From: Eledone cirrhosa
Lineage: Eukaryota
Reading direction: 5' to 3'
Assembly (NCBI GenBank): GCA_964016885.1
Contig: OZ024742.1
Span: 260,586,001 to 260,650,000 of the forward strand
DNA: 64,000 nt
Part shown: in pieces, positions 14,149 to 25,570 of the stretch
How positions within the stretch are numbered: position 1 is the first letter of the stretch
How the letters are laid out: each line of letters starts with the position of its first letter
Notes under the pieces: generated by a model
The model's input: only the letters and a program-made list of their open reading frames with translations
The model's database searches: none
Told to the model about the DNA's origin: nothing
Position numbers and translations under genes: made by a program

Positions 14149-14385
14149 TAAAAAAACGAAAAATCAGTGATGCATCTAGACTCAGTTTATTGTGTGTTAC
14201 AATTGCTTCGTCGGCAGGTAGCTTGAGATATGATCACTGTGATCATGTCTCAAGCTACCTGCCGGCAGATAGCTCGAGACATGATCACAGTGATCATATC
14301 TCAAGCTACCTGCCGACGAAGCAATTGTAACACACAATAAACTGAGTCCAGATGCATCACTGATTTTTCGTTTTTTTTATACTAT
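14143..14385. repeat. ~243 bp near-perfect nested palindrome (probable Penelope-like inverted terminus)
   Basis: Arms are reverse complements about a gcc|ggc centre at 14263/14264; each inner half is itself a hairpin. Confidence 0.9.
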
Positions 14386-14904
14386 TCACACTCTGCTCTG
14401 TATGAATATTGAGTGCTAATTTTGGCATACCGCCTATGGAAGCACCATAGCTACAATTATACACACGTGTGTGTGTATATATATATATATATATTCATTC
14501 ATTCACTCTTAGTATTATTCAGAAATGGACATACTAATTTGCATATAATTAGCACTGCTGTTGGTACGTGATGCTGACATGACAAAAGGCACCCAGTCCA
14601 CACTGTAAAGTGGCCCTGTGCAACAAAAAGCTCCCACCCCACACTGTAAAGTTGTCATGTAGGTGTCAGGTCATTATCCTTGAAAGCAATCATCAAAGAG
14701 AAATGCATTTATTCCCAAGATTTCTTTCATCCCTTTCTCTACCAAGCTGCCATTCAAATTCTCAAGACTTCAGTTCCCTGTTAGAGCCAGTTTTGCTATT
14801 ACCATAAATAAACCACAGAGTCTCAAATTTTTCAGATTGAATATGAGAGAATCAGTTTTTACAATGGACAGTTATATGTAGGTTGTTCATTAGAGGAAAC
14901 ACCT

Positions 14905-15111
14905 AGAAATCCTCATATACTATGTATGAACTGTAAAATGAAGAATCTGGTGTATCTGGAAGATTTTTTACTGTTTTAGTTTTGTCACACACACACCACG
15001 GTCTCGCCGTATACTGTAAACCAGACAGTGCATCCAATACAGTCATTTTCTTTTCTACCAGTCTTCTGTTATCATCTGTTCACCCAGGCGAAGCTGGGTA
15101 CCTCAGCTAGT
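14905..15111 (+). mobile_element. Short Helitron-like element / Helitron 3' end
   Basis: acccaggcgaagctgggt hairpin then CTAG|T into (TA)n; 5' boundary uncertain. Confidence 0.6.
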
Positions 15112-15234
15112 ATATATATATATATATGTAATAAATATTCTACTCTGTAATTGCTTTAGTTCCAAGCCACAGTTTCAGATTCCATATGAACAAGTACAAG
15201 TTTGAAGTTATTTCTGTTCTTTATTGTTGCATAG

Positions 15235-15418
15235 GTGAAATATTGGCTGGTCAATGATGATATCCGTCAGGCAAAACAGATAGATTTGGGCCGTGACATC
15301 GAAGGAGAAATCTCAGACTTAAGGAAAGGTGTTGTCTACAACCTACGGGTAGTTGGGTACAGCCGAGGGGGTGAAGGTGCCAAGAGCTCACCTATCACAA
15401 AGTTTACAATAACAAAAG
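15235..15418 (+). CDS. Contactin-like cell-adhesion protein, penultimate coding exon (end of last FN3 repeat)
   Basis: Acceptor ttgttgcatag, donor gtaaat; VKYWLVNDD...YNLRVVGYSRGGEGAKSSP resembles the final FN3 repeat of invertebrate contactin; 184 nt, phase-1 donor. Confidence 0.85.
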
Positions 15419-16199
15419 GTAAATATTTATAACTATCTCTTCCTGTTTTATTCTTAACTTAGCTAAGCAGTTAGGATATTGGAGTCACCATCAATAAATT
15501 GTAGGTTTCAATTCCTGAACCAGGTAGCATGTGTTTTTGAGCAAGATACTTCATCAAGATACTTCATTTCAAGTAGCCTTTCATGACTGGATCTCTATCA
15601 TGAAAGCACCCAAGAAACTCAGGTTTGAACTGTAACACAGCATATATATATATCACCATTAGCATCATTTAACATCCATTTTCTTCTGCTAGCAAGGATT
15701 GGATGGGTCGACATAGACCAAGTACTGAAAGGAAGCTACTGACTTCACAGATGGGCCAGGGTCCTGTATCTTGCTTACATACATTCTTGTATTCTATGGA
15801 GTACTTACATACATTCCTGAATTCTCAGAGTTCTCCCTCAAGGTTTTTTTCTGCATAACTTTTGAAAGGATGCAGATTTTTCTCTGAAATTTGGTGACTT
15901 GTCCTAAAATTGATTCTGTTAAATGCTCAGACAACTAATTTTGAAAACATTTTCCTGATTGCCATGAAAACGGCAGGAATTGAACAGGTGGCATTGATTT
16001 TTTTCTTGTTAAAAAATTTGATTATACAGCCTTTGTAATCGAAACAATATTGCCAAACATTACCAATCTAATGCATGTGTTTTGAATGGCATAACAACCA
16101 TTTTTTATCCATTTTGCAAAACTTTTGACTTTGCACTGTTTGTTTCATTTAGTAGCAAACATGACAAAGAGAAGGTACACAACAGTACCTCATAAGCAT

Positions 16200-16582
16200 T
16201 GGACTACTAAGTTATGGGATACTAATAAACAGTAAATATACATACAGAAACAAATACATACATACATACATACATACATACATACATACATACATACATA
16301 CATACATACATACATACATACATACATACATACATACATACATACATACATACATACATACATACATACATACATACATACATACATACATACATACATA
16401 CATACATACATACATACATACATACATACATACATACACAATGGGCTTCCAGCTTTTGTCTATCAAATTTTACTTATGTGGCATTAGTCAACCCAAATAT
16501 ATAGTAGGTGCCACATAGTGGGACTGATCCCAAAACCACATGGTTTCAAAGCAAATCCTTTAGCCTCATAGCCATGCCAGCA
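16200..16582 (-). mobile_element. tRNA-derived octopus-type SINE (OR1-like) with expanded internal (TATG)n
   Basis: Minus-strand head ggcatggctatgagg...gggatcagtcccactatgtggcacc, then gaagcccattg, the (TATG)n run at 16255-16438, then cccataacttag. Family name from recall. Confidence 0.65.
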
Positions 16583-16636
16583 CCCCCTACCTACTCACAC
16601 ACAATTGATATTTTCTTATTTTTGTTCTTTCTTTAG

Positions 16637-16776
16637 ATGGCCAAGTCCAAAGAGACATGTATGACCCAATGGTGACTGAAGTTTTATTGGCAGGTTCTAG
16701 CAAGACCATTTTCACATTATCAATTTGTTGTCTAAGTTTATTACTCAGCCAACTTTACTCTTTTCTTGTCATCTGA
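16637..16776 (+). CDS. Contactin-like protein, terminal coding exon with GPI-anchor signal
   Basis: Acceptor ttctttctttag is phase-compatible with 15418; (D)GQVQRDMYDPMVTEVLLAGSSKTIFTLSICCLSLLLSQLYSFLVI*; AATAAA at 16976. Confidence 0.85.
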
Positions 16777-17109
16777 TAACAGAGCCAATGTAGTCCATCA
16801 GAGCAGCAATTCCAAAGAGTAACAGAAACATTTCTTATTTAATTATGACTTTTTTTTATCATTATTATTATTATTTTGTTTATACTTTAAACTTGACCCA
16901 TTACTTTTTCTCCAAAAAATGTTTCATGTCTACCAAGTTGATGAATTATTGATGTAGTCTAAAAGCCAATAATACAATAAAAGAATGATTTGATCCTAAA
17001 ATTAAAATACCACTAAGATATTGGAAAATAACAGTATGTATGTGACTTTCTTCAGGTTCAGCATTATTTGGATGTATATAACATATACATATAGATAGAT
17101 AGATATGTA

Positions 17110-17142
<33 letters not shown>

Positions 17143-17202
17143 GTATACATAACGTGTGTATATCTATATATTTATAACATGTGTAAATATATATATATAT
17201 AT

Positions 17203-18090
17203 ATCATTGTTTTTACGTCCACTTTTCCATACTTGCATGGGTTGGATGAGTTCTTCTCAGCATGGCATCTCTCCACACATTGCGATCCTGTGTCATCATC
17301 TCTGCAAGTCTGTGATTTGAGGTCAGCTCTCACAACCTCTGCTCAGGTCTTTCTTTGTCTACCTCTACTGCAGCTTCCTTCCACTGGCATTTCCTGATAA
17401 TTCTTCACCCAATGCGTCACATGTCTGTACCAATGCAGTCTTCTCTCCTGCACACCACCTTGGATTCCTTTTAAATCCAGCTTCTCTCTCAGCTTGTCCA
17501 AATTCTGCCTTTCTCTTACACTTGCATCACACATCCAACGGAGCATGGTTGCTTTATTTTTCTCCAGTCTATGCATGTCCTCTGCAGTCACAGCCTATGT
17601 TTCACTATCATGCAGCATTGCACTTCGCACACAGGCGTCATGCAGTTGTCCTTTTGTACGTAGGGAGAAACCGTTTGTGGTCAACAGTAAGAGTAGCTGT
17701 CTGAACTTTTTCCATCCTATCCTTATTTTAGTTATGCTCTCAGAGCACCCTCTTCCATTGCTAATTACATTACCTAGATAGCAGAAGCTATCAACTACTT
17801 CTATGGGTCCGTCCTGTGACAGGAATAGGTTTACATCACTGGCTATCTTACCCTCAGTTACCCCTGTGCATCTTCTACAAATAAAGTTTTCCCTTCCTGT
17901 CTGCCCGTTATCCCACTACATCTCTTGTGTACATTATAAGGAGTTTATGCCTACTCTCTTTCTACATATTGAGCAAGGCCACTTCTCTGAATGAATCAAG
18001 ATCTTATCTTTTCTCCTACTCACTAGCACTATAGTTTTGGCTAAGTTTACTTTCAGGATTTTGATTGTAAATTCTTATTTTCTAGATCAT
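17203..18090 (-). mobile_element. RTE LINE 3' fragment, degenerate
   Basis: Minus-strand MLRWMC...ERRLHWYRHV, Cys-rich insert and RTE tail. Confidence 0.88.
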
Positions 18091-18169
18091 TAATGGAGGA
18101 TTTGTATATAAATATATATATATTGAGAGAGAGAGAGTATTTAAGTATCGAGAGAGAAGAAGAGATAGG

Positions 18170-18620
18170 AGATACATGTAGTTATTTGCCAATAGCATAT
18201 GCAAATGTGCTCAATACTTGTGCCTGCAGTGTTAAATATTGGAAGTGTTAATATCTAGTGGGCGAGAGTATAAGCAGAGTGGATACACGTGAAGAAGTAT
18301 ATAAAGGAGAACAAACTGTTAAAACAGCACCTACGTACGTTTCGCCCGAAAGGGCTTTTAGTGTTCTGTCAGACCCAGGAGCGCTACAGGCTTCTCAAGG
18401 GCATAAAAAACTAAAGTGTTCCTTACGTGACCCAGAAGGGGTTTTAAAGAAGAATGAACTGTGATGTGAATTTATCTTTAAAACCCCTTCTGGGTCACAT
18501 AAGGAACACTCTTTAGTTTTTTTATGCCCTTGAGAAGCCCTTTCGAGAGAAACGTACGTAGGTGCTGTTTTAAATAAAGATGTTTTAACAGTTTGTTCTC
18601 CTTTATATACTTCTTCACGT
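18170..18620. mobile_element. Penelope-like terminus with inverted repeat (18287-18620) and hammerhead motifs
   Basis: Arms of ~140-165 bp around a ~30 nt spacer; TTGAGAA-GCC..-GAAAC-GTAC-GTA core in each arm; tattgagcac motif in the extension. Confidence 0.7.
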
Positions 18621-19224
18621 ATATATATATATATATATATATAACCCCTGCTAGCATGGAAAATGGACATTAAATGATGATGATATATATGTGTGTGTGC
18701 AAAGACAAGACAGAGTAGAAGTTTAAGACCAGGTAAAAGAGAAGGCACAAAGCAGATAGTCATTGAGGAGGTCACAGAATGTGTGATGAATAAGGAACAA
18801 TAAAGATAAAGTGAAAATTATATGGTGCATGTAATTCTTTCTATTGGCAACAGGACCATCTTCAAGTATAATAATATATATATATATATAATTTTTAGCC
18901 TATATGTATATGAGAAACCAAAAAGACTAGAAACAAGATCTAATGGGCCCCTATGTATATATAACATAACATCTATTCTAAGACTATTTCACCCCGTTAA
19001 AGCAAAGGTCAACTTTGTTGGACAAATGACTAGCTTTATATCTGTCATAGGGTTCATGGCTGGTGACCCTTCCTTGTGCAGTTTTAGTCGCACCTCATAT
19101 AAACCACAGGGCTTTGATGTACCTATTCTAAATCTATGTATATATTTATTATATAAACTTTTTTAATAAACTTTTTTAATACTTTTAACTATTTGTAATA
19201 ATAGCAAGTTTGTTTTGAAGCATT

Positions 19225-19432
19225 GAGTGAAGTTTGAAATTCGTTAGAAATAGAAGCTTTTGCCATATCTTTTACTAAAGAAATTTTAGCCTTTAAAATC
19301 CCTCTAAAAATGGAAAAGGATACGTCAATACTCATCCTATTTCATTTTTAGAGGGTTTTTAAATCCCACTATCTGGCTAAAATTTCTTTAGTCAAAAATA
19401 CTACAAATGTTTCTATGTCTAACGAATTTGTA
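19225..19432. mobile_element. Fold-back MITE-like element
   Basis: aaattcgttagaaataga...ctaaagaaattttagcc mirrored by ggctaaaatttctttag...tctaacgaattt. Confidence 0.7.
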
Positions 19433-19924
19433 ATACTGTTTTTAATTTTTCAAGGTTGAATTCCATATTGAAAAGTTTCAATGACACAAATCCAAACCTT
19501 ATCAATAGACTTTTATTTCAATCAATAATGTATCATATTTTTTATTATTATCAATACTTCCATTTTGGAGTATTTGTCTGGCAGGTGATTTTGTCTAAAA
19601 CATTCTGTTGACACTGAAATAATTCTATCGTATTTGTCATTTTTGCCATTTAAATGCTTTCTTACCATACTTCTTTTGAAACACACGGCCTATAATTTTT
19701 AGATATTTTTGAAAATAATATAAAATTTGGATGAATTTTAGAATATAATTTAACTTTCTCATTAACTGGTGTTTGGAGTATAACTTAACAAAGGTTCTTA
19801 CATAAAATTATGTTAGGTTTTTAGATAAATATAAACACTTTAAAACAAACAGCTTCTTATGCATACACATAAATATAAAATAAAACAAGGACGAGTGGTT
19901 ACTCCTTCATTACGTTTATTGGTT

Positions 19925-20010
19925 GGTGACGCGCGTTTCACCACTGATCAGGTCAACGTTCGATCTGTATCGATCTAGCCCAACTCTGTAATACACGGCT
20001 TGTCAGACCC
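19925..20010 (-). ncRNA. Minimal hammerhead-ribozyme-like motif with long stem-II insert (Penelope-like terminus)
   Basis: Minus strand: ggt-CTGACAA-gccg[~52 nt]tggt-GAAAC-GCGC-GTC-acc, followed by AATAAA. Confidence 0.65.
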
Positions 20011-20126
20011 CTTTTAATGGTAATGAAAAAATGATTATTTATATATATATATATATATATAAATATATATAAATGTGTTATGGTCCATCTGGTTCCTTAC
20101 CAAACTTCCTTCGTTATATATATATA

Positions 20127-20720
20127 CTAGCAGTGGTACCCGGCGTTGCACGGGATAAGGTATTTTGGAACGCGGGCCGCCAACAGACCTAATCATGGAA
20201 AAACTGCATGCCTGGACAATATGTAAAGAAAATAAACCGAATACTGTGATGGCTGGATAATCTTTAAGATTTTCCTTGATGAAGCAGGAAAAATGCAGGT
20301 TTTCACCTAATGCGGGCCCTAGGGGATCAAGAAAATAAATTTTTTTTTATGTGCATAATATGCCTTGAAATTTCGGGAAAATCGGCTAGGCGTAACGCCT
20401 CAAAAAAGCCCTGAAAAAATGTTTTTCACCTAATGCAACCCTAGGCCATAAAAAAGTTGGATTTTCTTTGCTCACGGTATGAAGAGACCAACTAATACAT
20501 AGTTACAATTTCAAGGAAATCGGTCTGACGTAACACCTCAAAAAACCCCTAAAAACCTGAAAAAACGCAGTTTTTCACCTAATGCGGCCCCTAGGGGATC
20601 AAAAAGTTGAATTTTTTATGTGCATAACACTCCCTGAAACATAATACACATGTAAAGTTTGAAAAAAGTCGGTTGGGTACTTCTCGAGTTTTAGGGATTC
20701 AGACATCCTCAGTTTTATAA

Positions 20721-20730
<10 letters not shown>
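20127..20730 (-). mobile_element. Non-autonomous Helitron-like element
   Basis: CTAG at 20127 with hairpin cccg-gcgttgca-cggg; internal repeats (ttttcacctaatgcgg x3); other end ctcagttttataaatata in (TA)n. Confidence 0.75.
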
Positions 20731-20752
<22 letters not shown>

Positions 20753-22879
20753 ATATATATATAATACGTGTATTCACATATAGTATGTGTAGAACAGCGG
20801 CTCCAAACCCGGGGATCCACAAATGTACTGGAAGTCTGAGTTAAGTTCAAATTTATAAGTACTTATTAAAAACATGATACACACACTAGATGTATCAATT
20901 CTTCTCCTTTGACTTTGTAAATTTATTTCAAGAGTTGTCTCCCATGTTCTTTAGAAATGATATACATTTGAATTGTTCCTTAACGAACATAATGCAAATG
21001 TATATAAAGAAGACTAGAACGATATTAATATCGTTCTAAAGTCGTCTTTTTTCTTCCTTATATTTCAGCCCTTATAACTCATTTATAAATCGGTATAAAT
21101 TCAGTTTAGTATCTTCACCATCAATTCTATTTCCTCATAACCTTGTTAATTAGGTATATCATTTAATGAAATTTTGCAGAGATACGTTTTCGATTATATT
21201 AATGAAATAATTTATTATTATTATTTATGTTAGTGTATATCAAAAAGTATCAGGTAAATTTAATATGTAGCTAGTTCTTTTAATTAGAAGCCTTTGCTGT
21301 GAACATTATTGCATAGTTCTGTTTGTTAATATTTTTTCTTGTTTATTGAAATAATTTTGAAAATAATCAAGAATTCGATTATATAACATTCTCATTATTA
21401 AACTGGTGTTTGGAACATAAATTAAAAAGGTTCTTACCTAGAGTTATGATAGGTTTTTGAATAAATATAAACAGTTTTGTATTATAGAACTGGGAGGGAG
21501 TTTCACATGGTTCCATATCAAAAGGGTTAAAGTTAAAATACTTCTGTTTACACAATGTCTGAAATTTATCAAGATATATGTGAAGTAGTTGTGTTTATAC
21601 CTCCTTGCAGTAAAGTTCTACCTACAACAATAACCATTATGTTTTTAATATGGCGTTTATAAAACTTCATAGTGTTCATCTTTATATTTTCACCAATCTA
21701 ATAAAATGATAATCTCAAGCATCTCATGGTCCTTGAATCTTTAATTTGTTTCAGACATGGTGGTTATGGCCATGCTGGGGCATTACCTTCACTTGCCTAT
21801 TCTTACCAGACAAACACATCACCCAGTTAGATAGAGGAGGCTGTGTTCTCTATCCATTGGTGTTTGCAGTGTGGAGTAAATAGGAAATACCCTCTCTTAT
21901 ATATGTGTAGATTTATAAATTGTCGTTCCCAAACTTTACACCTTTATATACATAATCTTAGACGAGGTGACAGATTCTATAGCCAGTAGTACATATAAAA
22001 ACATCCTCTATTATATATCTGTATTTACAAACTCTGGTTCTCCAACACTACACCTTTCTATATGCACACTTAGATAACAATATCCACTACATCTTTCTAT
22101 ATACAGACTTCGATAACAGCAGATACTCTATATAAAAATACCCTCTTCTATATATGTGTTTGTGAAGGTATGTGGCTTAGTGGTTAGGGTATTGGGCTTA
22201 TGATCAATATGTCATAGGTTCAATTTCTGGACCAGATAGTACTTTATGTTCTTGAGCAAACCACTTCATTTCATGTTGCTCCAGTCAACTCAACTGAAAA
22301 TGTGTACTAGTAATATCAGGAAGTTAACCTTGTGATGTACTAGCATCTAGAGGGGTGTGTGTGTGTCTGCATTTACCAATGTTAATTCCCCAACACTACA
22401 CCTGTTTAAACACACTATTGTCTACATTTACTGTATTAAGATATCATTTGTTTATTTTCTTTTGATATTTTACCAATATTATCATGTATAGGTGTGTGTG
22501 TGTATAAATATATTTTTTATACTAATTAAATGAATAAAAATATTTTTTAATTAAATGATTTGTTTTTCTGAATTATATTGTCATACAAACATTACTATAT
22601 ATTTACTATTGTATTTTTGTGGTAAAGGGTTTATCTCACATAATATGAGTACAATACCTTAACATCAGTATGAGTGGCAGGTTATGGCCAGTTTGAACAG
22701 AAAAGGGTAAGAGAATTCTGGCTGGTTTAAATGGTAAAGGGTTAAAACATTAAATTTATTTTACCATTTATGTGTGTCCATCACCATCTTTTCAAAAAAA
22801 GTATATCATACCCAAAACAACAGCATCAACAGTTTTCCAAGAGATGCTAACATGAATGGTCCTGTTATTTTTCTCTAAA

Positions 22880-23050
22880 CAAATTTTTTTCACCCTGCCC
22901 GTCTCCTCAATCTTTCTTTTTCTTCTTTAATTTCTCATTCTATATTCTGATGAAGGACTAGTGTCCAAAACGTTAAGACTATATTAAGCATACAACTAAT
23001 ATATTTCTTCATTGTACTGTGTGGTTTGCTTTGTTTGTCTTTTGTATATA
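22880..23050 (+). mobile_element. Penelope-like terminal fragment with degenerate hammerhead motif
   Basis: CTGATGA-a-GGAC tagt GTCC-aAAAC-GTT at 22947-22974; T-rich flank ending in (TA)n. Confidence 0.55.
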
Positions 23051-23544
23051 TATATATATATCAGTTTTATGTCCATTTTCCACGCTTACATGGGTTCGAC
23101 AGGTCCTTTTCAGCACAGCGTCTCTCCACATGTCACAATCCCTAACATCTCTGCTGTGAGTTAAAAATGTTTTTTCTGTCATTTTTCATCTTGGTGAGTT
23201 GCCAACTGATATTCAAGATTAGGGAACAATAATTCCACCATCATGCCTATGAGACTTATATAAATAACTCCCTTTCTATCTACAGGAAGACTTCCCAAGC
23301 ATTAATAGATTCTGGGCGAACTGCTCTGATTATTCGTCTCTACCAAGATATGCTCTCATGTTTGTAGTGACTTCAAAACTTTGATAGAAGTCCAATGTGT
23401 CAATTTTTTTTTTTTTTTGCAATAGGCTCGGATTTGATCAATTATTGTCGTTTGGAATGACTGGGGAAGTCTGCCTAAAATCTACTACTACTACCAAGGG
23501 GTGAATAGAGTGAAGATCAGAATAGTAATAAAGATTCTTATAGC

Positions 23545-24645
23545 AGAAATTCCAAACCTGGAAACATGGTCTTAAAGTTAACTTGTTAAAGACCAAAGTC
23601 CTAGTATGTACAAAGGAAAACAGGGCCCAGATTCCCTCAGGGAAATTGCCTTGCTCAGTGTGCAGGAAAGGAGTATGTAGAAATGCTGTGCTATGTTCCA
23701 AATACAAGCTATGGGTACATAAAAGATGTAGTGGGACCACAGGCAGGCTATCAAAGAACGTAAGTTTTATATGCAGCCGATGCACATGTGCCCACAGGGC
23801 TTGGTAGAAGTGATATAGTTTCCTGGGTAACCAAATCAGCAGTGGAGGAGGATGTTCTGAAAGTACAGTAGCCCAAGTGCTAGCTACAAAAGATTTTTTT
23901 CCCTAAAATGAAGGACAGATTGTATGATGCATGTATCCGAACAGCAATGTTGCATGGTGGTGACCCAGGCATTGTGTGCAGAGGACCTGCGAAGATTGGA
24001 AAGAAATTAAACCTGCACGCTCCGATGGATATGTAATAGTAATATACATGAACAGCAAAGCGTAAATGAACTGAGAAATTGGGCATAAGAGGGATCAGAT
24101 TACATTGGAGTGGCCATGTGATGCGTATGAAGAATGACAGCTGTATAAAAAGGTACAGGGCGATCAAAGCTGATGGAATAGGAAGACCTGGGATGAGGTG
24201 ATAAAAGCTGACCTTGCACAAGTGTACCTCTCAAAGACAATGAATCAGGATCAAGAACTTTGGCATTATGCAGTAATACAGAAGACCCGCCTTCCCATGC
24301 TCACGGACTGAAGCATACATTTTGTATGCACCTCTTAACCACTCCTACCTCCCACACCTGATCATACCACCCTTACACTGTAAAGTTGTCATGTTGGTAT
24401 TACGACTAAAAGCACCCAGCCCCCACTGTAAACTGGTTGTGTAGGTGTCACAACAAAAAGCACCCAGCCCACACTGTAAAGTGGTCATGTAGGTGTCACA
24501 ACAAAAAGCATCCAGACACACTAAATGTGGTTGGTATTGGGAAGGGCATCCAGGCATAGAAACAGTTCTGATCCGACTTGTCTCAAACGGGACAACCTGT
24601 CTAACCCATGCTAGCATGGAAAATAGATGTTAAACAATGATGATA
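23545..24645 (+). mobile_element. RTE family A 3' fragment, degenerate, with tandem ~45-bp UTR units
   Basis: QIPSGKLPCSVCRKG, GHVMRMK; repeated cacactgtaaag...aaaagcacccagc units at 24375-24530; stem-loop tail. Confidence 0.88.
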
Positions 24646-25342
24646 TGATGATTCTAGGCCATGTTTCCAGGTTTGGAATTTCTTTTCTAATTCTGCTTGA
24701 GATTTAGCTATGAGGATCTTCATTACTATTCTCATCCTCACTCTACTCCCCCACCCCACTGCCTCCTTTTCCTTCCCATCACTACACTTCCATCCACCCC
24801 CTTCTATTCTTGCTCTCTAACATATTTGCCTTAGAAGAAAGCCATCTCCCAAGCAGTGGTGCCACTATAAAATGCATGGTGTACACTCCATGAAGTGCTT
24901 CACATTCAATCAGTAATAAGAAGGTTCTTCAGTCAAATGAATGGGTTTACAACCATATTAGTGCTAATAGCACAATAAAATGCCATAAAAACGATGCCAA
25001 AAAGGGTTGAGGATTCTTCAGTCATGTTAAAGGCATAACAACCTTTCTAGTGCTGGTGGCATGATAAAAAATAGCAAATATAATAGTTGGCATGAAGGAC
25101 ATCTAGCCATGCCAAAACTGAAAGACAAATAAGTGAGATGCAGTCTCTGATGTAGCTCTGATTAAGTGTTCACTTGTTTTGTGACAACCTGTCCAACTCA
25201 TGCCAGCATGGGAAAAAAAAAAAGGCGTAAAATGATTATTATTATTATTCCTTTTTTATTCCTTCTATTTTATAATGAAAAGCTCAGTGAATGCATATTT
25301 TCATTCAAATAGGAAAAATAAACATTTTAATTGATATTCAAA

Positions 25343-25570
25343 TTACTTGTCTCCCCCACTCGTTGGTAAGGGATTAAATGTATGTAGACTCAAGTCTGAC
25401 CATTTCTGCTCTTGTTCATAGAGTGTCTCAATAGTTGGACCATTATCAGGTTCCAGTTCTGGAAGCTCCATTTGAGGCACAGCGACATCTTCCATTGGTA
25501 GTTTATCTTCTCGCCATTTCTCATCGATAAGATCAATCATACGACCTTCAATAGTTATTTGACTATCCAT
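25343..25570 (-). CDS. ANAPC13: Anaphase-promoting complex subunit 13 (75 aa), complete CDS in one exon
   Basis: MDSQITIEGRMIDLIDEKWREDKLPMEDVAVP..ELPELEPDNG..EQEQKWSDLSL matches the recalled APC13 pattern (MDS..DGR..DLID..WREDKLP.EDV..P..ELP..E.DNG..EQE.KW.DL.L); splice acceptor 13 nt upstream of the ATG; AATAAA at 25255-25260 (-). Confidence 0.93.
   Translation of the reverse strand: MDSQITIEGRMIDLIDEKWREDKLPMEDVAVPQMELPELEPDNGPTIETLYEQEQKWSDLSLHTFNPLPTSGGDK

Noticed and set aside
16190-16466. (MYVC)n ORFs
   Set aside because: Pure (TATG)n repeat.
22165-22330. tRNA-like A/B boxes (also ~15465, ~53485, ~54510)
   Set aside because: Followed by the ttgagcaa SINE central domain or a decayed version of it, with no full cloverleaf; SINE heads, not tRNA genes.
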